DNA of 62,920 nucleotides, filler included, from Aduncisulcus paluster (taxonomy: Eukaryota): NCBI GenBank assembly GCA_024181965.1. It is 5 parts of 5 records of this genome, joined end to end, with 100 filler letters (N's around TTAATTAATTAA, not from the genome) between each part and the next. Parts side by side here need not be neighbours in the genome. Positions count along the whole stretch, not along the records: positions 1 to 10,642 come from BQXS01009950.1; 4 more parts are not named here. One strand, written 5' to 3'. A program made the translations under genes and the position numbers. Below, one piece after another: positions 1-10,742 of this stretch. The notes below the pieces were generated by a model. It was not told where the DNA came from, searched no databases, and worked only from the letters and a program-made list of their open reading frames with translations. The number at the start of each line of letters is the position of its first letter. Position 1 is the stretch's first letter.

Positions 1-492
1 AATCGAAAACCATTCCAGTCCAAATGTCTGAGTTAACTATTATTCCAAAGACTCAAACCATCATTTCAAAACCAACTTCTCCAAAGGTTGTTCCAAAGCC
101 AATATCAATGCATATACCTCCAAAAGAAGTTGATTTATTTGATTTTAATTTCTTGATGGCGAGGAAAGTACCCAGACAAAATGAAGCTTTGCCACGCCCC
201 AAAGAAAAAGAAAGTGAAGAGTATGGAGAAGAGGATGGCCTTTATGAGTTTGAGGAAGAAGAGGAGGAAGAGGATGAAATTTTTTCAGAGAGGCCGATTG
301 TTCCCCAATCGAAAACCATTCCAGTCCAAATGTCTGAGTTAACTATTATTCCAAAGACTCAAACCATCATTTCAAAACCAACTTCTCCAAAGGTTGTTCC
401 AAAGCCAATATCAATGCATATACCTCCAAAAGAAGTTGATTTATTTGATTTTAATTTCTTGATGGCGAGGAAAGTACCCAGACAAAATGAAC
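1..492 (+). repeat. Intragenic direct repeat, 306-bp period (1-~186 matches 307-~492)
   Basis: aatcgaaaaccattccagtccaaatgtctgag... starts at both 1 and 307 and is identical for about 185 nt. The acidic spacers differ. Confidence 0.9.
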
Positions 493-1016
493 CTTTGCCA
501 ATCTCAAAGGAAGAGGAAATCAGGGAAGAATTTTCTGAAAAACAAATTGAAGAGGAAGAAGAAATTGAAGAAGAAAAGGAAGAAGAAATTCCTCTTGATG
601 AGTCTTCTACCCATGTTTCCCACATGGAGATATACCCTAATGTTGATGTATATAACATCAAGCGATATTTGGAGAATCAGGATGGTGCTGGCATTGGGAG
701 ACATATCATGAGCATTCAAAACACAAGCAGCGCGTATGCTCAACTTCAAAGAAGCCAAGGATATAGTGTTTGGAATGGAGAACTACCAATGCATTCATCT
801 GCTTTGAAAGTATCGATTTCTGAAGATTCATCGTCATCTCCAGCTTCATTATTCATTTCTCCAGGCTCAGCTGCTTTGGAGATGTCGATTCAGGAAGCTT
901 CGGAATCGGATGAACATGAAATATCTAGAGAACAAGAAGATTCCTCAGGCTCAAACCCATCTTCATCGTACGAATATACTTATGTGCCGGAGGATCAGGC
1001 ATGGAAATATCAATAA
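3..1016 (+). CDS. 5'-partial low-complexity acidic (Glu/Ser/Pro-rich) protein with a 102-aa tandem repeat
   Basis: Frame is open from base 3 (SKTIPVQM...) to TAA at 1014-1016. The block SKTIPVQMSELTIIPKTQ...ARKVPRQNE occurs twice, each time followed by a poly-Glu tract. No recognisable domain. Confidence 0.6.
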   Translation, partial: SKTIPVQMSELTIIPKTQTIISKPTSPKVVPKPISMHIPPKEVDLFDFNFLMARKVPRQNEALPRPKEKESEEYGEEDGLYEFEEEEEEEDEIFSERPIVPQSKTIPVQMSELTIIPKTQTIISKPTSPKVVPKPISMHIPPKEVDLFDFNFLMARKVPRQNEPLPISKEEEIREEFSEKQIEEEEEIEEEKEEEIPLDESSTHVSHMEIYPNVDVYNIKRYLENQDGAGIGRHIMSIQNTSSAYAQLQRSQGYSVWNGELPMHSSALKVSISEDSSSSPASLFISPGSAALEMSIQEASESDEHEISREQEDSSGSNPSSSYEYTYVPEDQAWKYQ

Positions 1017-1106
1017 GCAATTAAAACAAGTAAAAATAAATTACGGCAATTAAATATATTAATTTTGCGTAATTATCATTAATATATGTGGGCAAATTGA
1101 CGATTT

Positions 1107-1173
1107 TGCCCGGGAATCCCCGGCTGGTTGTAAAGTTTCCCGGCTACTTGTAAATTCCCTTTTTCTTGGGAAA
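1107..1173. repeat. GC-rich dispersed repeat motif (cccggct..tgtaaa units), inverted homolog of 14795-14840
   Basis: 1129-1173 (tgtaaagtttcccggctacttgtaaattccctttttcttgggaaa) closely matches the reverse complement of 14795-14840 on another contig. Confidence 0.7.
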
Positions 1174-2349
1174 TAACGATATCCAATTAATATTGTTGGT
1201 TAGTTTATAACCTTTATAAAGTTGGTGGAGCAAATTTATTAATTATGAATAGAAAAATGCCCGGAGAGAATCAAAAAGTAAACTGAAAATATCTAGATCT
1301 ACAAAAACTTTCATATACGATCTCTGGTAATAACGCAGTAATAAACATTCTAATATTGAAATAAATATATTAATTAAAATCCTATTATAAAATATGGGTT
1401 AAATATTCAATAATAAAAGAATATTAAAGAAAACAATAAAAAGGTCTGCTTTTGGCAACAGCCGTGTTATTCAAACAATATAAACAAAAATTAAAACAAT
1501 GGATGAGTAATATGTATAGTACAGTATAAAAATAACGAATTCAATGTGTGGTTAGCATGTATGAGATCATTGTCATTTATGTCGGGATCATTTACGTTGT
1601 TTGAAGCTTTTCATTTATCCCCCTGCTGTTTCTTTGAAGCCTTTTTATGATTTTCTTCATAATGCTGTGCAGCTATTCGTTTGTTTGTTTTGGAAGTGGC
1701 TGAAATTCGGGTACGTCCACGGGTAATTACCATGCAGCCGAACAGCCGAACAACCGAACAGGTTGTTATTATCAATTGAAGACTTAATAACAGCCTCCCT
1801 CATCTCTTTGACTTGGGATTCCTATCAACACTCAAGCTGAGGGATCTCAGACTGTTTTTTCAAGGGACCAGATTGGAGCGCATCCTGAGAACTTCTCATC
1901 TTTCTTGCTTGTTTACGTCTTAAAACCGGATTATACTTAGTCTAATGATATTTCAGAGTACTATAACGTGCAGCAGTCTCATTATTCAGACTTGAACGTT
2001 GAGGGTCAGAATAAGTCCATAAGCAGAGAAAAATTACATCTACATTGCAAATAATAAGATTTTTATAATGGTTTTTGTCCATCAAAACTCCATTTAAAAT
2101 AATTCTCTTCAAACTTCTTCTTATCTTCAAATTATTCTTTGCCCTTTTCATCTAAAGCATCCCAAACTTCTTGTATAAAGTAATTTTTGTTACAATTACC
2201 CATAATTATTGCGAAATGATGCAAAAAAAAGAGATTCAAACCACGAAAATTGTGGAGTTTATTTTCAAAAAAAAAAAAAAAAAACGCAAAATGCAGCCAC
2301 TTGGCAGCCACTTGCAGCCAAATTTCTCGTTGGCAGCCAGCGGATGCAA

Positions 2350-3336
2350 GATGTACACCCCTGTATTACGCATGCGGATCACATTTATCTCTGCAAGAAA
2401 TGCTCGAAAGGAAGAACGAGCATACATGATGCTGTCAACAAAACTCTATGTACAATATCAAATCAGGTCCCTGATACGACTGCGATACTGGAACCGATGC
2501 ACCTTCAAGAACAATTTGGATGTAACCCTGATTTGGTAATTCATACTCCGACGAATGGTGAAAGGCAGCGAGCGGTGGCTGACGTGGTGATAGGGTGCCC
2601 ATATCAGTCACAAACCAAACGTAAACCGAGGAGAGACCCGGGCCACAAAACCCAGAAAGCCGAAACATTCCTGAACTCACTGGAGAGAAAGAAGATCATC
2701 AAGTATGGTCGATCAAGAGCAGCAGTCTTGACCAGAAGACAGAGAGAAAGGCAGGCTCAAGAAAGTCAAACCCACGGCGAACAGAGCGAGAGAACCGAAA
2801 CGAACGTACAAAGACAGGATAATAATGATATTATTCTGCCAAATCCGAACATTACTGAAGTCGCTTCAGTGACCACTTCTGCCACCGATTCTGGTCAAAG
2901 GGATCAAAATGCTGGGAGTCATATATCTCAGCAGGGAGAAAGTGAATCACAAGCCCAACAAATAAGTGAAGGGCAGGACGACGAACAGACAGACTCGGTG
3001 ACCCTTGAATCAATTGACTCTATGAGGAGGAGCGTAGCTATACAATACTTCGGAGTAATTCCGGTTGCTATCTCAACCCATGGAGCCATTGGTCAAGGAT
3101 TATCAGACCTGTTGAAAGAATTTCGCAGAAGAGACGTGACTGCAACTAGTGAAGTGGATTCATCTTCAGGAGACACTTCCAGCGAAGATAGCACGGTTTC
3201 TGAAAAATCCCTCTACCAAACATCATTCTGGAGACTTGCTCGCCTTGGCGCAGCATTGGCGAAAGGATATGGATACTGTTTCTCAAAGTATTTGGCGAAG
3301 CTGGATCAAAAGAGGAATCCCAGATGTGAAATATAA
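2350..3336 (+). mobile_element. 5'-truncated non-LTR retrotransposon remnant: zinc knuckle plus restriction-like endonuclease (RLE) domain (CRE/NeSL/R2-type architecture)
   Basis: ORF 2209-3336 carries the RLE motifs in canonical order: DHIYLC (end of CCHC knuckle), RTSIHDAV (RHD/RHN-like), EP, PDL...ADVV (PD-D), ERKKIIKY (E..K..KY), IPVAISTHGAIG, and RLGAALAKG. No reverse transcriptase is present upstream. Confidence 0.7.
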
Positions 3337-3400
3337 TATAAAATATAGATAATTAAATAAGTGTAAAAATTTATTTGAACAACATGAAATAAAGCAGAGT

Positions 3401-3700
3401 GTGTGTATTACAAACCCTGCAAATAAGCGTAGTGATTACACGCCTAATCCTCCTCCTGGTAGTGAGATTGACCCTCGCTACTCGTTCGACTTTTATCCCA
3501 TGATATTTTCTTCAACAGGTGTTGTTGGTGAATCATTCCAAGAATTTCTTCAAGAAAGGCAAGTTGCCTTGGTTCAACGTCATCATCCATCTCGCTGCAT
3601 AGAGGAACTCAAGGTAGTGCTTGCTCGCTCCCTTGCTTATGGCAATGCTTTGAATCGTCAATCTTTTGAGCTCCGCTGCAGTGGCCATGCCACTTCAGAA
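3401..3700 (+). mobile_element. Second, divergent RLE C-terminal fragment of a non-LTR retroelement
   Basis: FDFYPMIFSSTGVVGESFQEFL...LKVVLARSLAYGNA matches the F.P..F...G..G ... L...L..GNA terminal signature of CRE-like RLE domains. It parallels the end of the preceding ORF. Confidence 0.55.
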
Positions 3701-3885
3701 ACTATCTACAACCACCGTTTCCTTTTACTCACCGTTCGTGTGTGTCTCATAGGCGTGGTTTGGTATAGATAGTGGGCAGATTTAAGGTTTTATTTGGTGA
3801 CTTCCGACTTCATCTATAGTCTCTATAGATTAGCTGCCCATGCTCCTCCCATACCGTTCTCTGAGATTATGAGCCTTTTTCTTTC

Positions 3886-3951
3886 GTCGCCTACACCTTT
3901 GTGTCCAACTATCTTCCAAACTCCGCTAGGAGAAAAAATAAAGCTTCAATT
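3886..3951. repeat. ~65-bp dispersed repeat, second copy at 14849-14913
   Basis: gtcgcctacacct(t/a)tgtgtccaactatcttccaaactccgctaggaga...taaagcttcaatt occurs on two contigs with only a few differences. Confidence 0.85.
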
Positions 3952-6446
3952 GTCTGTCGGATCTTCAAGATCCGATCTTGTCAACTTTTTTTTTGTTTTG
4001 ATAGACATACAATTCTATTGAAAGTGATTCCCACCAAATGCATTGTTGCTGATTGCTTTTTACTGAAATATTCAATTCTAAACATCGAATTATGATGTTT
4101 TATGTTCTTTCTTGGGATGAAAATTTTATCAATGAGAATTAGAGGATAAAACATGATAAAAGGTATAATTTCATCCCGAAAACATCTTGTGGAGCAAATG
4201 GCATGTTTTTATTGATTTGATTCCCCTCTTTATATTGAGTCTTCATATCATCTTCATTGTACAACCTCTTAAGAATATTTTTCAAAATAACTCCCAATAT
4301 TCCTGGAGTATCACGATAAAAACATAGCTTACCGTCATTGCAACTCGATGTCCATACCATTATTCCCCTTCGAATGCTTGTTGTTGTTTTCAATGATATC
4401 TGTTTGATTTTCGAAGCTTTTGACACATTATTGTTATTTTTATTGACATAAAACTGAACTCAAACGTTTATTAGTTGCCATACTACACCCAAAAATACTG
4501 CCACAAACTAACAAAAAAACACTCAACTTTCTGGTTCTGTTCGTTGCTCCTGGTTTCCATCCATTGTCTCTGAAAATAATTGACAAATTGACACAACTGC
4601 CCCCTGCTTTACTCATTTGAATTTCGAATAACACATCAATAACATCAATAACATCAATGCTATTCCCCAATCTGTGTGTTATTTCATCATATTTTTGAAC
4701 GATGTTTCTCGATTCGTGATCTTTCCTTTTTTTTGCCGAATCCAAGCTTTTCTCTTCTCCTTGAAACATAAGAAGAGAACCAGAACTGTGTCTATGAAGT
4801 CTATTCTTTTTATTCTTGACTTCACCAATCTCCTATCTATCTATGAGTAAAATTCCCCCCTTTTACCCCCATCCGTGGGGGTCCCCCCTGTACGGTGGTT
4901 GCACTGTACATTTCTTTATTATATTTTTTTCCCAAAAAAAACAAAAACAAACAAACAAAAAAAAATACAAACTTTCCACCGGCGGTGGCTGAGAAAAGTG
5001 GGGGAACCTCTACCAAAAAAATATTATATCTTATTTGGTTTGTTCTATTTTTTTACTTGATGCTGTGATACATATACATATATCCATGCCATGTACATTG
5101 GATAGTGTGCTGAATGTGAGAGTAATGAATCGTCTGTCACTTCTGAGATATTGCTGCTTCGAATTTCTGCATGTTACATTTTATTCCTTTTTAAGTAAGT
5201 TGTTTTGTGAAATCTCAATGCTGAGTATGACGATAAGTTGAATTGTTTTCTTTAATATTTATTTATTGTTGACCACTACCAAAAGGCTTGTGACATCTTC
5301 GAATGATTATGGTTCTATTGGAACACACATCCTCAAGAAACGTCTATATCCACATTTTGGTATGAGCTTCTTCTTGATTCTTGGAACCTAGGTCATTCCA
5401 TTCTTGAAAACCAGACCAATATAATAGGTTCTCTCTAACCCCAGTGCCCTTCATCGAATCTATACTGATGAACTCAATGAAAGCCATCGAACTGTCATAT
5501 TGGAGCATATTGTATATAAGAACTCTCTTCTCTTCACTCCTTTCCTTCTCTTCTTCCTTCCTTCTTCGTTATTTTTCTCACCTTCTTGCTTTGTTCTTAT
5601 GATACTAAATGCTATCTGTCTTGATGAGATCTTGACATGGATACGAACCATCGCACCATCGGTTGATAAATTAATATTATCGGTTTAATCTGACTTTGTT
5701 CTTATGATACTTTCATTTTATGTCGCTGCATCGCAAGAACAGTGGCGAGCAAGCCATCTTTGTCTCTCTCAGAATAACCATTGGCGCGATTGCCTCTTGG
5801 TCTGGCCTACACTCTCTTCTTTCTCCTCAAGATTCTTCTTCCTTACTATCACGAATATATATATATCATTGATCAACATGAATAACGCGAACGACCCTTG
5901 GTTTATCATCGAACCGTGTCATGAACAATCTGTCTTTCATTAGATACATTCATTGATATCTTTTAGTTATTAGACCCCATTGTATATCCAGAACTCTCTT
6001 CTTTCTTCACTACTTTCCCTTCTTCTCCCTTCCTTCTTCCTTCCTTCCTTCTTCGTTATCTTTCTCATCGGTTGATAAATTAATAGGTTTAATAACCTTA
6101 ATAAATCCCACCACGCCCTATGATGCCAATCAATATTTGGACTTTTGGCATTGCCCTGTGGGGGATCTCTATCGAAAAAATATTTGATATTTGCATTCTT
6201 TATTAATTTGTTGCGGATATGGACGTATTGAACCTTATTCCGGTCGTCTTCGTTGAATGATCCGATGTCGTTGTGCAAGAAAAAGTATTTTAAGGATAAT
6301 AATATCATTTTTCAAAATATATTTGTTTATTAATTTAATAAAACAATATGTTTTGCTTATTTTATTCTTAATTTCGTTTGATCATCTCTCAAATCATGTT
6401 TTCTTCCGATATTATACCTATTCAATATATTTTTTTATAATTTATT

Positions 6447-7709
6447 ATGCCAATTGATAATCCATGTTCAGATTTATTGATTTCGTTGTCATCAAAATTA
6501 TGCAAAGGAGAGTTAGTTGCTTTCCCCACTGAAACAGTCTACGGACTCGGTGCTGATGCTACAAATGCTGAAGCCGTTAAGAACATATTTAAAGTTAAAG
6601 GTCGGCCATTGTCAGATCCGGTTTTTTGCCATGTTGACTCTATATCCATGGCACTTACTCTTTTAGATTTTACTGTGCAAGAAAGAAGTATTTTTGATGC
6701 TCTAGTTGAATATTGGCCTAGTCCTCTAACGATTGTGTATCGCTAGTGCCTCCTGTTGTCATGGCTGGTGGTTTAACCGTTGGAGTTCGTTTTCCTGATC
6801 ATCCTGTTGCCAGAACTCTTATTCGGCATGCCAAAGTCCCAATTGCTGCCCCTCTGCGAATAGATTTGGACATATATCACCGACAACTGCCCATACCGTG
6901 ATTTATACAAGACAGAACTTCATATAATTGATGGAGGATGTACAAAAATAGGAATAGAAAGCACGGTATTGGTCATTAATGATAATAATGTTACTATTTT
7001 TAGAAGGGGAGGTTTTCCCGTGTCTCTTGTTGAATCTGTTCTTAAACCCCTTGATGGTGTCACTATTAATGTCTTCAATCGTGCCTCAAGGGTTGAAGAT
7101 GTGAAAGAAGGTGAGTTGTCGGCCCCTGGACAACTTTTAAAGCACTATGCTCCAGATCTTCCCTGCTATTTATATGGCGGGCCAATTTCAAAAACTCTAG
7201 AAATATCTTCTGCTTCCTGTAAGGGTTCACAAACGAGTGTTCAATATACAGTTTCTCATTCATACGATTCTATATTTATTGTGGACATTGCTGGTCATAT
7301 TGCCTCTCTTTCTACAAAGTTCAAACACTACATTGATATCTGTCCTGATGGAGATCTCGATATGGCTGCCCAGTCCTTTTTCCATACTTTGCGTCATATT
7401 GAAGCTGAACTGAAAGATGGAACTCTTGATATTGAAGCTATTGTCATATGTGATCCGACTATCCTCAAGCTTGACTTTTCTCACACGACATCTCATGCTG
7501 TTTCTGGAGTTTCTGAAGAATCATCTTCCAGGTCCACGAAGGACATGTCAGACGGTACAGATTCCAGTTCAACCATTCAAATGAAGTCCAAGTCCGATCT
7601 TCTTCATGTCTCTGCTGGGGCTCTGAAGGATAGAATGTTTAGAAGCACGAGTGGATACACGTGTGATATCAAAGAAGATTCCATCGTTGTTTATCCCCCT
7701 TATTTCTGA
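6447..7709 (+). pseudogene. SUA5: Threonylcarbamoyl-AMP synthase (Sua5/TsaC), disrupted by three frame breaks
   Basis: Motifs lie in successive different frames: VAFPTETVYGLGADA..KGRP.DP; VPPVVMAGGLTVGVRFPDHPVAR..PIAAP; SANRFGHISPTT; DL..LHIIDGGCTKIGIESTV..PGQLLKHYAP. Breaks are at about 6745 (TAG), 6852 and 6895. The WPGP motif is changed to WPSP. Confidence 0.85.
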
Positions 7710-7746
7710 TATTAATAGATACAATTCATCACTGTCGGCTGGTTGA

Positions 7747-9720
7747 TTAATTAATCGATTTGCTCTCATTAATTTGGGATCTTGTTTTTGCAGCAGTAAA
7801 CTTTCTCTCGAGTCTTGGGGTTCTTCTTTGATATTTTCCTGATATCTGGGAGAGAGAGAGAGGTGAGTTTGGTTTAGTGATTCATTGCATCAAATGGAGC
7901 TTATAGCATGTTAAAGATTATTATGATAAAAAGTCATGTATGTAGGGTGGGTGGGCAAGACATACATGACCCTGCTGTTATGATACTCGCAGCTTACGAG
8001 CTTGCTTTAGCTAGGGTCGAAAACCCTGAAACATTTCACACCCTGACCATGAAAATAACAGAATACCAATTAACTAGAAGCCCTGAAGAATGTTGTAAAG
8101 TAATAACTCCCAAAATCCCGAGTTCAACGACTTCAGATTGGTCAGATGGTTTCCATGGGGTATCTCCATTAGAATTGAAAAAGCAAAATCCACCAAAGAA
8201 ACCTTCTCAAGGATCTTCAAAAAGCTGGAATTTTTGAAAAGACTATTCCCATTTATGAAAAATTTACAGAGTCACTTCCAAATAAGCTCTATTCACAGAT
8301 TATTTCCGGAAAACATCCAAAAATTAAGGAATTTGTTGAATCAGATCTCGTTCCGTTCACTCCTCAATCATTTTTATTATATCTTCGACAGTTTTCTTTC
8401 CATCGAGGAATTCAGAAATTTTTTTCAACTGAGAAACAAATGAAACTTGTCGAAAAAGAATATTTGACATGCTATACAAATGAATTATTTGCTTCAATGA
8501 CTCCAAAATCGGTGTTTCCGCCCAAACCTGATCAACCCTTGGATCAAGCTTCTTTTATCGGCAATAGTATCTCCAAAATCAAACAACTGACTTCATTTCC
8601 ATCCCCTGTACTCGCCTCCATCGCTTGTCCCTGCGATATCTTTAGGTGTAAGCGTGAGACTGTCTTGGAGGCCTCGTTTTTACTCGGTACTGCACTTTCC
8701 TTCGACATTCCGACAACCTTCCTCTTCAACATGATCCAACGTTTTGTCTCAAGTCTTATCACGTCTCTCAAACGTTTCATGCTTCTCTCAACAGCAGTTA
8801 TCAAGCGTTGCCAGTCTTGTCCTTCCCTTGCGAAAGCTTACACTCGCATTGGGAATAATAGGAATATTCATGCAGGATCGCTCCAAGACATCAACACTGT
8901 ATTAAAGGCCATTCGAGATGATCCTAGTCATGATCTTGCAAAGCTTCCGACGCCCTATCAGTATTTGATAATTCCACTCGACGTTGCCAAGAGGTTTGAG
9001 GCTGGGATCTCTCCCTTCTTGCAGGACATGAAGAAAACAGGGATAAACATGAATGATTTAGCAGAGGGAATCGAATACGATGCTTCTTGTGTCGCTCGTG
9101 CCGTGCTCACATCCACAAATATGGGTTGTATGCTTGATCCGTGGGATTTGGCAGTGTCGTGTGTTGTCTATGTTCTGATGGAAAGATCTAAGTGTAACGG
9201 AAAGTCATCAGAAATCAAGAAAAGGAAGCCTCCATCATCTGGAATGGGTTCGACCAAAGATTCTTCGTCTTCTTCAATGAAAAAGGTCAAACAGGTAGCT
9301 AAGTCTCCTTCTCGAGTCGGTAAGCCTCCTAAAACCAATATTTCCAAGTCTTTTGTTATGAGAAGAAGAAGAAAAGGAGGAGATGTATGATGTCAGTGAT
9401 TCTCTTTTGAAAGATGTTCTGGGAGATGACAAGATACATGCTGATAGTACCTTGTAGAGCAAATCTGTGAGACAAGAAGTTTTATTGGCCGAGATGGATG
9501 AAATGTCTGAGTTATATCATGAAACAAAATGGAATATGAATTCCTTGTCCTCTTACACCACAATATATATCTGTTGTTGAGGAAAATATTCGTATTCTTC
9601 CTTCATCTGCACAACACGATTGGCAGACGAAGTGTATCGTCTTAGGATAAAGAATTCTCACGATAGGAAACGAAAGATTGAGGAAAGGAAGAAGAATTTG
9701 TCTCTTCACTCGTCTAGTTC
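7747..9720 (+). pseudogene. Cyclin-like (T/K/L-type transcriptional cyclin) gene, disrupted, with a predicted intron at 7863-7945
   Basis: Cyclin-box-like segments: GSSLIFS*YL (in-frame TGA), then GTGAGT...TAG intron in matching phase 2, then HDPAVMILAAYELALARVENP. After a +1 break near 8220 the frame is open into ORF 8440-9390 (EASFLLGTALSFDIPTTFL; PWDLAVSCVVYVL). A further break near 9387 leads to STL*SKSVRQEVLLAEMDEMSELY. Confidence 0.5.
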
Positions 9721-9803
9721 TGTCTGCTCTGAAGAGAAGAACAAGGGAAATGGATTATTATCATGTCTTGGGATTCCTCAGCCATCGAAACAAAAGATAC
9801 AAC

Positions 9804-10642
9804 TTTCGTCAAAGAAAAATTAGTTGAGATATACAAACTAAAGCTGATTGAGGAGGGTGTTGTGACAGCGGAAGAATCAGCAATCAGCATTGTAAAATTC
9901 TTAACATATAACATCAAGAGAATGTTACGGGAGCATTCTGAGACAGCTAACCCACGGGTAAATAGTTCTCAAATCAGAGATGATGATGAGTTTGCATTTA
10001 TTCCGAGATCCCAAGCCATTTCAACCTCAATCAGCACAGATGATCCTTGTTACTAAAAAAATATCCTCTTCCTCCTCTTCTTCCTCAGACTCATAAATAT
10101 TTTCATATTCGTATAATATATAATAAATTTCCTCCTCTTCTCCATACTCCTCTTCACTTACATTTTCGGGAGATTCTTCTTCAACGATTTCCTCTGTTAC
10201 GGACAATTATTTCGTCAAAGAAAAATTAGTTGAGATATACAAACTAAAGCTGATTGAGGAGGGTGTTGTGACAGCGGAAGAATCAGCAATCAGCATTGTA
10301 AAATTCTTAACATATAACATCAAGAGAATGTTACGGGAGCATTCTGAGACAGCTAACCCACGGGTAAATAGTTCTCAAATCAGAGATGATGATGAGTTTG
10401 CATTTATTCCGAGATCCCAAGCCATTTCAACCTCAATCAGCACAGATGATCCTTGTTACTAAAAAAATATCCTCTTCCTCCTCTTCTTCCTCAGACTCAT
10501 AAATATTTTCATATTCGTATAATATATAATAAATTTCCTCCTCTTCTCCATACTCCTCTTCACTTACATTTTCGGGAGATTCTTCTTCAACGATTTCCTC
10601 TGTTACGGACAATTATTTCGTCAAAGAAAAATTAGTTGAGAT
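9804..10642 (+). repeat. 406-bp perfect tandem repeat (two full copies plus the start of a third) running into the contig end
   Basis: tttcgtcaaagaaaaattagttgagat begins at 9804, 10210 and 10616. The duplicated ORFs in the track (10047/10453) confirm the period. Confidence 0.9.
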
Positions 10643-10742
10643 NNNNNNNNNNNNNNNNNNNNNNNNNNNNNNNNNNNNNNNNNNNNTTAATTAATTAANN
10701 NNNNNNNNNNNNNNNNNNNNNNNNNNNNNNNNNNNNNNNNNN
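10643..10742. other. Artificial contig-joining linker (N44-TTAATTAATTAA-N44)
   Basis: The same 100-nt spacer with stops in all six frames occurs four times. Confidence 0.97.

Noticed and set aside
1735-1760. Short (CAGCCGAA)x3 repeat and other small repeats as a CRISPR array or iterons
   Set aside because: No spacers, eukaryotic context and too short.
3886-3951. tRNA gene or tRNA-derived SINE
   Set aside because: Only an A-box-like stretch, with no B box or cloverleaf. No tRNA or rRNA was recognised in the window.
4139-4769. Possible Tc1/mariner transposase relic (RNIVQKY, GIMVW)
   Set aside because: Only two short motifs, with no DDE triad or terminal inverted repeats identified. Too weak to call.
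6744-9460. Alternative genetic code or stop readthrough to explain in-frame TAG/TGA
   Set aside because: Intact conserved genes in the window end in TAA, TAG and TGA and have no internal stops. These stops co-occur with frameshifts, as expected for pseudogenes.
10643-10742. Palindromic TTAATTAATTAA flanked by Ns (four occurrences) as a biological motif
   Set aside because: It is a fixed-length artificial linker with six-frame stops. Gene adjacency across linkers is meaningless.
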